A DNA stretch of 64,000 nt from Takakia lepidozioides (taxonomy: Eukaryota > Plantae > Bryophyta), in the NCBI GenBank assembly GCA_030704615.1, contig CM060732.1, forward strand, positions 24,738,001 to 24,802,000, given 5' to 3'. The translations under genes and the position numbers were made by a program. This document shows positions 46,954 to 60,000 of the stretch, one piece after another; within the stretch, counting starts at the first letter, position 1, and each line of letters opens with the position of its first letter. The notes beneath the pieces were generated by a model. The model ran no database searches. It was given only the letters and a program-made list of their open reading frames with translations, and was not told the origin of the DNA.

Positions 46954-48480
46954 GCCATTAATGAGTACTCTACTTGTTGATCCTACTAGTAGAATTCTGA
47001 CCCACTAGCAGAAACCCGGAGGCAATCCAATTTTTTGAAGAGCCCCCAACAAGAAGAACTATTCTACCCTATCAGACGTTTTTTTCGAAGTCCACTAACA
47101 CTAGGGTGATGGATTGTTTGGTTTTGAGGGCGTAGTGTGGATTTTGTTGGCCAGTAGGAGATTATCAAGAGTATACCTTTCTTTGATAAACCATGTTTGC
47201 CTTGGTCTTACGAGGGTTGGTAAGATTGGATGCAGGCGTCTTGCGAGGTCATTAGCAATGATTTTGTAGGCTACATTGAGCAATGTGATCAGCCTGTAGT
47301 TTGCTATGTTTGCTCAATCCCCTTTCATGAAGAGAAGAATGATAACTCTTTGCATCATTTGTGGGGGCAGTTTTTGCTCTTGGAAAATGTGGTTGGCCAT
47401 ATCAGTAAAGTCCTTGGAGATGTGCATCCATTACGATTTGTAGAATTCTACTGGTATGTCGTCGAGGCTTGATGATTTGCCATTGTGGAGTTTGGGACAC
47501 ATTGCAACCAACTTTGTGTGTAGATGTGACCAATTATCCAGACCTGTCATACCAAATGAACCATGGGGATGGGTGACAAATCATTCATTTAGGTTTTAAT
47601 GAAGAGTGATGACTTTCAAGGTCCTAGGGATGAGTGACTCATGCCTCACTGCTAGGAATTCAGTTTGTTACAAGATAAACTAGACTGTCGTGCGGAAAGC
47701 TGGAAAATTGCAAATTAATTCGTATACACAAGTTTTGCCCTGGAGTGAAGAGAATAGATACCTTGTTTAAATGGTGATGAGAACACATCTTGTATTCTCC
47801 TCGTAAAGTGATGAGGTGGATCACCCAATGCTCCTTCCACGGTCCGCCTTGCCTTATTTCTTCCAATTCGTTCCCCATTAGATCTAAATGGTCCCATGTT
47901 TGAATAGAGGTTGGGTAGCGTGTGAGCATGCTCAATGAAATTGACGAAATTAACAATTATGCGAAACTAACAACGTGTTGCGCACTAGAGGTAGTTTTTG
48001 TCGGGCCGTCGCGACATGAACTGCAAGGCCCACCAAGGCCCACCATTGTCTTTCTTCCTTCCCGATCCTCTTTCACGAAGCTCCCAACTGGAAGGCGTCT
48101 TCATGATAGGGTTTAGGAGCTCTCATGGAACCCACAGAACATGTACCTATCATAAACTTGGAAGAGGGGAATGGCCATCAGTTCATGCAACCTTCAGTTT
48201 CGAATATGTACACACCAGGTTCATTTTCACAATTATTGGGTGAATACCCTCACCCAAATCCTCCATATATGTTATATTCAAACGGGGTTGGTATTATGTG
48301 AGCACAACGTGAGTTTTATGTTTTTAAACCTCGGTCATAGGAGTTAGATGCTTTTAAAACGGAATAAAACCATAAGCGGGTATAGAGGACTCGTGCATTT
48401 GGTACAGTACATCTGTGCCAATTCAGCGAGGCAAAACCTTCAGTAGTGTAGCCAAAACCCCTAAACCTATAGTGGCGGCA

Positions 48481-48660
48481 GTGAATTTCGCATTCAGAAT
48501 TACTTGGTGATATGGGCACAAACTAAGCAACGATGAATTTCGCACTGAGAAATACTTGGTGATATGGGCACAAACTAAGCAGCGGTGAATTTCGCACTGA
48601 GAAATACTTGATGATATGGGCACAAACTAAGCAAGCAGTAGGTTTTGCATTGAGAAATCC
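48481..48660. repeat. 52-bp minisatellite, ~3.3 copies
   Basis: (g/a)tgaatttcgca.t.agaa.tacttg.tgatatgggcacaaactaagca at 48481, 48533 and 48585. Confidence 0.9.
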
Positions 48661-49320
48661 CATCACCCAAAAATCCTACAGCCAAAAGGAATGGGTGGGG
48701 GCGTGAAAAGTGACCTATTCATCATTTTAGCCACAATGTGATTGCTTTTCAAGCGGAATTTCGCAATGCGAAATTATCCATGGGTGTCTGTTTTTTTTTA
48801 TGCCCAAAAATGCTACTAATAGAGTCCCACCTCAATTCAATCTCCAAGAAGTTTGTTTTTTAGTTTAAAGCAAGGGAAAAGACCTTAAAGTTGAAGTGAA
48901 GCCTCACTGCCCACTCTCCCGTCTCTTATTGAGAAAAAACCACGCCTATAGGGCAACATGTTCATGGGCTACTTGTTCTTTATGTGACATTCAAAGGGCC
49001 TCGCGACATGCATGACAACTTCACCATCTTTACAAATAGCTAGGCACATCAAGGTATCATCTGCCGCAGCTCCTCCACTAAACACTGCAACCCCCTCCCA
49101 GCTGGAACAACCTCAATAACACGGTCCACCGCATCGCCGAAATTTGACAAGGATGTGAACTAGAAACACGTCAAGGAGGCCGCCAAGCCATCCAGGCTCC
49201 ATTTTTGATAATGAGTGATTCCCTTCAAGATTCACTCATAGTTTATGGACTCTTCTGAAGAAAGTCTCCTAAGATCTCTTTAAGCAGTATCTCTAAGTAT
49301 GACACTCGGCCGGTAGATAA

Positions 49321-49412
49321 TTCGCATTTACTCTGCATAGAGTAGAAAGGTTTGCATTACTGAATACATAGTAGCAAGGTTTGCATTTACTCTGCACAGA
49401 GTAGTCAGGTTC
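49321..49412. repeat. ~30-bp tandem repeat x3 with an internal palindrome
   Basis: tt.gcatttactctgca.agagtag..agg units; tactct...agagta inverted core. Confidence 0.75.
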
Positions 49413-52400
49413 GTGTTTTCACTGACAACGGTGTGTGTGCAGCCTAATGGTGTAAACGAGGGTTTTAATTTTAAATATTTATCTCAACATAATAGGTCAT
49501 ATTTTTAGTTAACAAAAGAGAATATGCCCTTCTGCCTTGTTCCTGAGACTAGCAATACTGCAAGTCACAAATGTTATGGCATGCCTTCTAGTTTAGGATT
49601 TCCCATGCGTTGTTGTACAAAAGGGTCGATGATGTAATACTCTGACAAACATATGTCTCAAGTAGCCTCACTATAATACAAATCGTTTACAAACTAAGAC
49701 CTTATTTGGATTTCAGACATGCACTCTCTGAAGGATTGAGATGAGTACCAATGATGAGCAGAGTAGTTAAAAGCCTTAGCCCGATGCTACGATGATTATC
49801 TTCTATTTCTAGGGAATTCTTGTGGTTCCTGGATTGTTGGCTCAAATTTCCTTCTTGGTTACATTCAATATTCCCTTGTTTGAACTAAAATTTTCAATGT
49901 GTGTTGATTCACGAGATCTTCAGTCAACATTTAGAAAATTCTTTGATGTAGAGATGTAACTCCTTGAATTTGTGGTTGCAGAGGTAGGGACACACAATGG
50001 TTTCGTAAGCATGGCTCATACGCCACCACAAACCAATATTCCACCCAGTCATGTCATACTGCCTAATTAAGCTTATATAAGCTATAGACATGGATGCCAA
50101 GTACACCTCCTAAGCTCATATGTAGAGAGGGAGTCAATTGTTTGTATCCCCAGCTACGTGTTAGAGCATCGGCACCTCCGCAAAGCTACGGGCAATGCAT
50201 GATTCCATGATCGTCATCCTTGTTCCACGTGAAGGGTGAGCAAACTAGCTAGTATGTTTTCATTCAAATAGCATTAATCTTTGATTAGTGATATGACCCG
50301 TGTGAGGTTTTGTGTTTCGGAGTCATTGGACAATCGAAAAAGAGTCTGCGGTGGGTCATGGATCTATGAACAACTGATGACAGGGTCCACTATATAGTGG
50401 AAATTTAGCAGATGGAACTCTATCTGATGACCCCTACAGTGAGCCTAAATTTGGGATTTTGATAAGCATGTGTGACTTGGGTTGCATGATGAAGCAGAGC
50501 ACAGCAAAGGCCTTGAAGATACCCTGTCACGTCACCATTGATGTCGGTCGCACCCAGAATATTCCCAGTATGTGCTACTCGTAGTCTCGTTGTGCAAATT
50601 TTCCTCTAAAAGAAATGCTTAGAGAGCATTCATCATCCTTTTTTTTTTGGCCTTTTAATAGGCAGTCTCAAGATTGACTGACAAATTTAGTCTAGATAGG
50701 TTCATGTGCTAGTGTATGCATGTATGTATGGATGTGGACTTATAGACGTTGTATGTATGAAAAAACGAGGAAAAAACCCACACATATTCATGTCACCCCT
50801 TGTGAGACTGGAGTTTTGAAGCATGAAAGCATGACCCAAAGGCAAGGTTTATGCAATCACGCAATTATGCATCAATACTATTTTATTTCTAAACTTTTTC
50901 CGGGATGTGTTTGGTGGTGTTGGGTTGTTTTGGAGACTCAACGACAGTGATGGCTGTTCTAGGTATGTGTCTCGTATGTGTCTTTGATCACTTACCCTAA
51001 TTTTGACGTGAGTTTGACATCTTTGGTTTCAATCAATTAGCAGCATCTAAGATGTTCTAAAAGGCCAGCTGCAAGAGAAAATGAAGAGGGACAAAAATTG
51101 CTTGTTGGTTATGTTGTTTTTATGAGTATTGTGCTGTAAAACCAGGGGAGGTAGAAACACATGGATGTTTGTGTTCCTGTTTTTTATTCAGGCTCTTTCT
51201 CCTCTCTAAGAAGTAGGTCCATCCAAAACCGGTATCCCAAGAGAATACATGCCAAGGCTTGGGGAAGGATGGCTGGGGATCCTAAGTGCTGAAAATGTCC
51301 AGAATATCTAGTTGTTGTCATTGATCATGTTGTCGTTCTTTTGTTGTAGGGCCTGCGTGGATGAAGTAACTGGTGGTCTGAAGCTATTGTGAATTTTGCA
51401 TAATCACAAGAATCCTACCGAGATTAAAGATTTCAATTGTAGGTGCTTGTTTACCCTAAAAATCAAGGAGCTTAAATTTGTTTGAAGACAGATCTATTCA
51501 CATGTCTCCACTATCCCCCATTGTGGCAGCCAGACATGGGTTAGAGTTCCTGCTTTCCTTTCATAGAAGCTATCATGTGTCAAGTGATTGAGTAATTAAG
51601 GCTTGTGTACTGAAGGTAAGAATGAAGTTCAATGTCCACCAAATCACAAAGTATACAGGTCGTCTTTCCGATTGATTGCCTCACCCGGGTGGGCCTTCAA
51701 AGCCCAAGTCCTACTAAAAAATCTTCAATGCACCATGATGTGTTGAGACTTTGGTGAAATCAACAGCATAAAATTTCAGAATGCAAGGTGGAATAATTAT
51801 GTAAGATCCTACCTTTCACTTGAGATTGGACATCTCTTTAAAACAAATACATCTGATAACTTCCGTGGGCCTTCTCCAAGAAAACAGAGAATTGGCCAAC
51901 AACTGAGGCAACCATAGAGGATTTAACATTATTTTGTAAATCTCGGTCACCTTGCATTTAGCTTACCATTTATCTTTCGATATCTTTTTGGATGTGGAAT
52001 CATTCCCCAGCTTTGTTTCTATGTTCAATTGTTCTTCCTATCATTGTAGACAAAATATAGGATGGTTTAATGTTTTATGGGTTTTGGCCTTGTTGTGTCA
52101 AGCCTATAACTATTGCCATGTTAAAGCTTGTAATATTTCTTCCGGCAAATCTCCATTTTATCCTTGTACTGATTCAGATAGAATTCTATAAGGCTTGTTT
52201 GAACTACAAGACAAGATGGCTGCTTGCAACCACCTCCATTGTGGAACGGGTGAAGAAAAACAACCAAGCTTTTTGGGTAGCTATGTAGGAGAGCATTGAA
52301 TTCAAGAAATTTATTCAAGAATATCGAAGCAATATAGAAGGTGCATCATCATTGGTCAAATAGCCCAAAAAATTAAAAGTCACTTCTTCTTGCAAGTACC

Positions 52401-52840
52401 CAAGGGTGTCGGCTCTCTGTTCTCTATGTTTTCAGCACAACAATACATGATTCTCGATGATCAGGAGGTCGGAAATCATATAGAATCCAACAAGTTGCCT
52501 ACCAGGTGTAAGAATAGGCTCAAACATGCCTTCCTCTTTCAACATACGAATCCCACTGTACTTTTAAATATGAAAATCACAATCTGTTTCTTGTTTTTTT
52601 TAAATTATAAAGCAGGGCTGACAATTGTTTCTTGATTGTCGGAGGGAATACCCTCAATTAGCTGCTATGTTGACCTTGAAAAAGCGAAGGAGCAACCTAG
52701 GAAGCAATTAACTGGTAGCCCAAAGGGCAGGTCAAATCTACAATGGTGAGATTATATGTCAGATTCCAACCAACTTCAAATGAAATGGGAGCCCAAACTT
52801 GTGAGCTGTCGTCCTAGATTCCTTTTGCAAATAATAGTAA

Positions 52841-55178
52841 TCAAATGTGAAGGAAGCCAATTTGTTTGTTTTGTTTTGTCACGTTGAGATGTCCCAAACC
52901 GCGAGGGCTCAGCCCTAGTGCTTGGTACCGTTGGAAAGCCCTCGACGAGGAGGGGTGCACGGGTGGTCTCATGATTTTTGGACCTAGGGTGTGGGAGATG
53001 TGGAATTCCAAGTACTTTTGGTGGCTGGAAATTCACGAAAAATAGCAAAATGGGCTTCCTGGGACAATGATTGGAGCCTCCCCAAGAGAGATATCAGGAG
53101 AAAGGTCTCCGGTTCACATCCGGTCGTAGGCTCTTTGGAAAAAAATGATTAGATATGCCCAAATCAAATTTCAAGTACTTTTGGTCGCTGGAAATTCGTG
53201 AAAAATGGCAAAGTGGGCTTTCTTGCAACAATGATTGGCCCTTCATTTATCTTTTGTGCACATGGATATAAATATAAATTGGGTCATTTTAGAATATTGG
53301 CGTTCACAATATGTTTTGTAACGTTGTTGAGATCTCCCAAACCGTAGGGCCCCTAATGTTGGAAAGTCCTCGGTGAGTAGGCCCGAGTGCATCAACTTGT
53401 TCATAAAATTTGGTCTTTGGAAATTCAACTAAATTACAAAATTAAGTGTTGGAAGGACACTCGAGGTCGCACTTGGGCGTCTACATGGTTGGCCAATATA
53501 TTATCCATGGATAATATGAGATTGAATTTGGGCTTAAGATGGGTCTCCAAACCGTGGGGCCTCTCGCCACAATTTTGGTACCGTTGGAAAGCCATCGATG
53601 AGTAGGGGTGCATCAACTTGGTTTCATAAAATTTGGAGATGGAGTTGGGCAACATATTATCCATGGATAATAGGATATTGGATTTGGGCTTTCCTAGAGC
53701 AATGATTGGCCCTTCATGTGGGAGATTTGGAATTTCAAGTACTTTTGGTCGTTGGAAATTCACAAAAAATAGCAAAGTGGATATTCTAACATATGAAGCC
53801 TCGACAGGGGAGATTGCAAAAATAGCAAAGTGGGCTTTGGGATTGCACATGGACTTAGATGACATTGGACACTGGAGGTCGCACTTGGGCCTCCACATGG
53901 GAGAAACACTTGGATACATAGGAGATTGCACTTGGACTTAGATAACACTGGACACTTGGGCCAACGACACAGGCTACCCGGCCTAGTCAATATATGAATC
54001 GAGAAGTTTGTTTTGTTTTGTCATGTTGAAATGTCCCCAGCCACGAGGCCCCAGCCCCCGTGCTTGGTACCATTGGAAAGCCCGCGACGAGGAGGGGTGC
54101 ATGGGTTTGGTCTCATAGTTTTTGGACCTACGGTGTGGGAGCTGTGGAATTTTCAAGTACTTTTGGTCGCTGGAAATTCACGAAAAAGAGCAAAGTGGGC
54201 ATTCTTGGGAGAGTGGTTGAAGCCTCGACAGGAGAGATATCAAGGGAAAGGTCTCCGGTTCAAATCTGGTCGTAGGCTCTGTGGAGAAAAAATGATGAGA
54301 TAGGGCTAAAACGAATTTCAAGTATTTTTGGTCGCTGGACAATGATTGGAACCTCGATAGGAAAGATATCAAAGGAAAGGTCTTCGGTTCAAATCTGTCG
54401 TAGGCTCTGTGCAAAACAAATGATTAGATATGACTTGTTTCAATATTACTTACTTAGATGACATTGGACACTTGGGCCAACGACACAAGCTACAGTAAAA
54501 TAGCAAAGTGGGCTTTCCTGGAGCAACGATTGGCCCTTCATATGGGAGATTGGGAATTCCAAGTACTTTTGGTTGCTGGAACTTCGCAAAAAATAGGAAA
54601 GTGGATATATCAATATATGAAGCCTCGACAAGGGAAATTGCAAAAATAGCAAAGTGGGCTTTGTTGGAACAATGACGTGGAGATCTCCCAAACTGCAGGG
54701 TCTCTGGATGCATAGGGGATTGCACTTGGACTTTGATGACATTAGACATTGGAGGTCGCACTTGGGCCTCTACATAGGAGACGCACTTGGATACATAGGA
54801 GATTGCACTTAGGCTTATACGATAATGGACACTTAAGCCTCTACATGGGAGTGCAAACATAGAAGATTGCACTTGGGCTTAGATGGGCATAGGTGACGCA
54901 CTGGGATACATAGGAAATTGCACTTGGTCTTAGATTTCAATTCTTCACACATGGGCCAACGACACAAGCTACCCTAGAGGTCGCACTTGGGCCTCGACCT
55001 AGGAGACGCACTTGGATACATAGGAGATTGCACTTGAGCTCAGATGACACTGGACACTTGGGCCAATGGCTAATGCTACCCTAGCTAGATCTCCCAAACA
55101 GGAAGGTCTTTGGATACATATGGGATTGCACTTGGATTTAGATGACACTGAACACTTGGGCCAAACGGGCTACCCTAG
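52841..55178 (+). mobile_element. Non-autonomous Helitron array (head-to-tail, multiple 3' ends)
   Basis: A|TC start at 52840/52841 and CTAG|T end at 55178/55179. Internal CTAG|TC junction at 53986/53987, after which the 5' sequence restarts (tttgttttgttttgtca.gttga.atgtcccc). Repeated ttgggccaa..gctacc..ctag termini. Confidence 0.75.
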
Positions 55179-56374
55179 TTGGGGTGATTTGAGGATTATT
55201 TTGGCGATGGATTTTTATTAACAAATGAACGCTGCATCTTGGTCTATAGTCAGCGAGGCATGTAGGTGCGACGGATGAGTTTTTGCCAAACGGATGAGTT
55301 CCGCATGTGTACATCTGAGTCCAAAGTCAGCATGAGGTGTAGGTGGGGACGGATGAGTGTTTGCCAAATGGATAAGTAATGCATCCGTTCATCCCAATAT
55401 TAATAATGAGACCAGTTTTCCGCAAATAAAGAAAAAAAGAACCTGATGTCACTGAAGTGAGCATCATTCTTCGAGTCTCTTTTGGGGATGGAGCCCTTTT
55501 AATCAAAGGAAAAAATGGCTGAAAAGCAAGGAAGGAAAAGGGCAAGGAAAAAATAACCTTGCAGGGCCACAAGGAGGCCGTAAGGGAAGTGGGCGTTTCC
55601 CTGACTGCCATCAGAGCAGGGCACAAAGCAAGAAAGTCCCAAGCCTAACAAAGTCTAAACAATCAAACAAGGACTCCCACCCTACCACTGATTCAAAAAT
55701 TGACAAACCAAACCAAAATTTCAAAAATTACCCCTGTTTTAAATAAAAATAGTAATAAGAATAAGAAGTGAAAATAACTTAGCTTGTATAATATCATCAG
55801 AAATGCAGAGCAATTGCACATAATTGAACAACTTCTAGTATTAAAAACTTGCAACCTTGAATCACTTGTATGTTGTATGCTGTTTTGAAGAAGAGCAAGA
55901 TGGATATGTTCTAAGTATATGCCTGCGCTCTTTGTCGCATACGCAATTGTGGCAATGGCTTTTTGCAAGGTTATTTTATGCTTGCTTTCTAATCCCATTA
56001 CTAAATTCTTACAAACAAAGTATCCTCTTTGCATTCCTCCCCCCCCCCCAAAATCTTGTTCCCATGGGTTTACCCAATGAAGACTACTTTCGGGAAGTTC
56101 TGGATGGATGAATGACCCAGAAGAGTAATAATAATAATTTTACCCAGAATCAGGGTACAAGTAAGTCTTAAGCCTGAGACAGTAAAAGCAAAGTAAAATT
56201 TGCTTAACGTCCAGTGAATTTACTGAGCCTACTGAGACAGAAAGGGATTATGTAGAGTTACTAAATTCGTTCTTAAATTTACTAGAATTCGGTTACCGGT
56301 GACCGGGAGCAGCCGGTGGCCGACGATTTATGTTCTTGCCACAAAACTGACCGAGAAAAAACAGAGAGACACGA

Positions 56375-56377
<3 letters not shown>

Positions 56378-56414
<37 letters not shown>
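56378..56414 (+). repeat. (GA)18 microsatellite at the EMF2 5' end
   Basis: Uninterrupted GA run upstream of the EMF2 coding start. Confidence 0.95.
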
Positions 56415-56416
<2 letters not shown>

Positions 56417-56549
56417 GGGAGCAGACGGAGAGGGGGATCGATTGTGCGGACGATGAGGTCATCAAGCTTTCCAAGGTGGGTACTTCGTGAAAGGCGGGAA
56501 AGGTGATCTCTTTTGGAGTTGTGGTGGAATGATCAGAGGGGGTAGTTTG

Positions 56550-56835
56550 TGACATGAGATTTGAGTTTTCAGGTCAGGGTTTCTGTATGGGTAGAAAGTG
56601 AGGGAGGATAGAGAAAGGAGAGGGAAAGAGAGGTGGTGAATACTCTAGGTATTGATTTCCGTATTGAGAAAGGGGTACGAGGGTATGGCATGACATGTGG
56701 GTGTTTTCAGTCTGGGTTTTTCCATGGTAGAACGAAGGGGGAGGGGAGTAGGGAGAGGAGAGAGAAAGAGAGGTGGTGAATATTTGGTTTATTATCGTAT
56801 TGGGAAAGCATTGAGGGGTATGATAAGTGTGTGAC
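56550..56835. repeat. ~140-bp degenerate tandem duplication in the EMF2 5' leader
   Basis: ttttcag.t..gggttt..atgg.taga and aaagagaggtggtgaata..cgtattg.gaaag each occur twice. Confidence 0.7.
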
Positions 56836-57052
56836 ACCACAGTGGAGCCTTTGCAGGTTCTACTTTTGGACCTGCTAGATTTTGAAGAAAGGAGGAGAGA
56901 GATGTGAGCGTTTTTGACACTGCTGATTACGACTTATGGAGGCAGGAGCAAGAGGTTGACTTAGGTTACAGATTGAATAAGCGAGGGAAGGGTGGAAGGG
57001 GGACGAGTCTTTGGTAGAGACAAGGGCGATGGAGGACATTTCAAAAGTATGA

Positions 57053-60000
57053 ATGGTGCACCAAACTGCCGGCATCCCCGGGGAGAATGGGGAGCGCTTA
57101 GCCATGGGGGGACCTTGTCGAACCGCTGGGGCGAGGGACGCAGGCCATAATAACAACCGAGATACTAGCCCTGTGGATGAGAAGGCGGCAGCAAAGAGCT
57201 TGGCCCTGTATTGCAAACCTGTGGAACTTTACAACATTATTCGGTCTCGCTTTTCTCAGCGTGTATCGTTGGTGTCCCCTTCACTACCATTGCTTGCATG
57301 GTCTTGTCTTGCTGTGTTTACAACTCTTCCCGGATTTTAAGCTTTCTTGAATTTAATGTACTCCTATCCCATCCTCCTTTCCCAAGGGCACTTCTGAATA
57401 GTTCATGCCAAACTGGCACATTCAGTATGTCAATACCACCTTATGCCCGACTTGAGCTGGACGTCGATTACCTCTTAACAGGTTGCCGATGGGAAGGTAC
57501 TCCCCGTGGGAAACATCTTAGGGCAGCTGTTTGGGTAGGAAGATGATGAGTAAGACCTTGGAGGTCCACAGGTCGCCTGATAGGTCAAGTTTGGTACTTT
57601 CTCTTATAAAAAACAAAAGACGGAATTGTTAGTCTTCTGCATGGAATTAACAGTACTGCCCTCTGAGGTACCCTCTGCCCAATTCACCAGTTTATCACAC
57701 CATTCAGAAAGGTGGTGTTCACATACTGAATGTTTGGTGGTTACTAGGCTCCCACATATATATGTGTACAGGTACGAGTCTTGGGTCATGGTTTAGGTTT
57801 CCAGTTTGCCAAATTACCCTTAGGCTCATTCCTTTGTAGTTTTCACTTAGTTGCTTGGATGTCATGTTGTGTGCTGTGTTTGCAGCCAGTCTTTCTTCAG
57901 CGATGTCTCAACTACAAGATCCATGCTTTGCGGCAGAAGCGGTATGTATCCACTCTCTAGTGTGAAATGGACATGACCAGTGAGAGTGTATATCTACCTA
58001 GCGCAATATAATTGACAGTTTTGCCACCCTGACGAGGTAAGCCAATATATACTCACTGTTATAGAAACACATTGTTATGGTGGACCTTACATTAGGGTTG
58101 ATATTTCACACTAGGTGAGTAGCTGATGTTTTGTAAGACGCCTGGTGTTGAAACCTTTTTGGTCTCTGGCCAGCATAAAAATGACGGTACAGGTCAAGGG
58201 GTGTGTCGATGCTTCTGGCCTACTTTCATGGAACAAAGAGAAGCGATATTCAGACCCAGGCCCAAGTAATGCAGTACAAGGACATCAATTTTTACCCATC
58301 TTTGCGATGGTAACAAGCCAGCTGTCTCGGCAAGGAGAAGTATGTCACTCTATGCCAAATCGCTGGATTCTTGCTACCTTGAGGTACCCTGGAGCAGGGT
58401 AAGAGGAGTAATTCATGCTAGTTAAACTGATTTTTGAATTAGTTAAGTGCTGGCGCACTATTAAAAAATTTGTGGTTACTGCTTCAGTGAAGATATAAAC
58501 AGTAGTCACTTGCTATCATAGGAATTATTCGATAACCCACTTTGTGTGGCAAGAGAGCTGTGGGGAGAAAGGAGAAAAACTAGAGGAAAATTAAGAGAGA
58601 AAGAAGGGAAAGAACAACGTGTGTAATGTCCACAGAAGGCCCTGAAGGCCCATGTGGCACAGGAGAAGACACAGTGCCTCATACAGGTAGGCTGTCAGGC
58701 ATTTGATGAAAGATGTATTACATCCATCGGAGGCCCAGAGGGTCTAGATGAGTAGACAAAACCCGAACATAAAAATAATTCCCAAATTGTCGTTCAGAAG
58801 GACCCCATGCTGAGATGCTCTAAGCACTTGGCGTTCTCATAGCTGGACGCCTTTGCCACGCAGAAGTAGGCCCGAGAGAGAGAGAGATGCTCTCTGCAAG
58901 AAACTACATCAGATGGCATCAAACAGTGCCGGAAGAGAAGTGCTACATGTTGGTATCAAGCAGCATGCGCTATATATCCTTTCAAGTACATGATTTACTG
59001 GAGATCAATTATATGTACATGGAGCACCTAGTAGGAAGTGTGTGAGCTGCTAGAGGGAGTATCGAGATGTATCTGCATGTAGGAATGCTGTGAAAAACAG
59101 AGCATTTCTCGAGAGCATCACATTATTGAGCTATGGTGGGTTGTATATGATTCCACAGGTGTACCTATTAAGCAAAGCGACAAAAGTGGTGAGGGCGCCC
59201 TTGTTGGATACCAGCATTCCTAGTCCTCCAGTGAGCTTTATCCTACCGGAGCTTCGCAAGCTAGTCATAAACGCAAGAAAAGGCGACATTATTCTCCTAA
59301 TTGCTTTTGGTATTTTTCTGATCACAAACTGTTAAGCCAAAGTTGCAGTATTTGTCAATCTGATGGGCATATTTCCTACATGAATTGCCAATTAACAGTC
59401 ATGTGTGGAGGAACAGGCTATTTTCAATTGACGCTAATTTGATATGCTAATCGAGGGAGTGTTTTCTGGTGCGCAGTGGATCCAACTTATGTACTTGACC
59501 CAAACACTCAACAAATACAAACGCTAGGTGAACCACTGGCCCTACATTGTCCCTCATCGGTTTTGGGTTATATGTTCGTGTGCATGTATGTGTGTGTTTG
59601 AGAAAGAAGGTACTCATGCCGTTCCCTGCAAACGTTGGCTTGCCATACCTTTACGGCCATTGACCCCGTCGGATACTAACCCTGGGCCCATGTGACAAAC
59701 TATGTAGGAACCATCTCTGGAATTGCCCTAAGCCTGGCTGAGGGAATGGTAGGAAGTCATAATGATCCAATTGTCTGACCAGGAAGTTCTCTGTTTGAAT
59801 AGTTGTTTCTGTGCTGTGATCTGGTTCACCCCCCGAAACCCATTGCAGATGGACAGCCTCTGGTGTTGGCTCAAAAGGGACAGAGTCCCCCCATTTGACC
59901 CCATGTCGGTTTGATGAATCTTTTCACTTGGTGAAGAACAGACCATGTATCCTTCCCAAGCTAATGTTTGGGTGGTGTAGAGAGCACTTGCCAGCAACCA

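Larger units (their letters stand above)
43150..47500 (-). mobile_element. Decayed plant L1-clade LINE (RT + zf-RVT), interrupted by two DNA-transposon insertions
   Basis: GKSSSLDDIPVEFY, LLNVAYKIIA..LARRL..RPRQT.FIKER, KSVRQGYPLS, SMFVDDT, KINWGKT, and zf-RVT-like IPAKLSTFLWQI..CKCC..WHIWKTRC. Many frameshifts. (TTAA)n tail near 43150-43168. Confidence 0.88.

Noticed and set aside
48481-48660. CRISPR array
   Set aside because: Units are contiguous and near-identical, with no unique spacers.
51000-52700. Possible decayed transposase or pseudogene
   Set aside because: Only stop-riddled frames with no motif I can recognise; needs TBLASTX.
52776-54872. Several 60-165-aa ORFs
   Set aside because: They are translations of Helitron internal repeats, with no domain signatures.
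55259-56290. Possible MITE with GGATGA repeats
   Set aside because: Short repeated motifs are present, but I could not define termini or a TSD.
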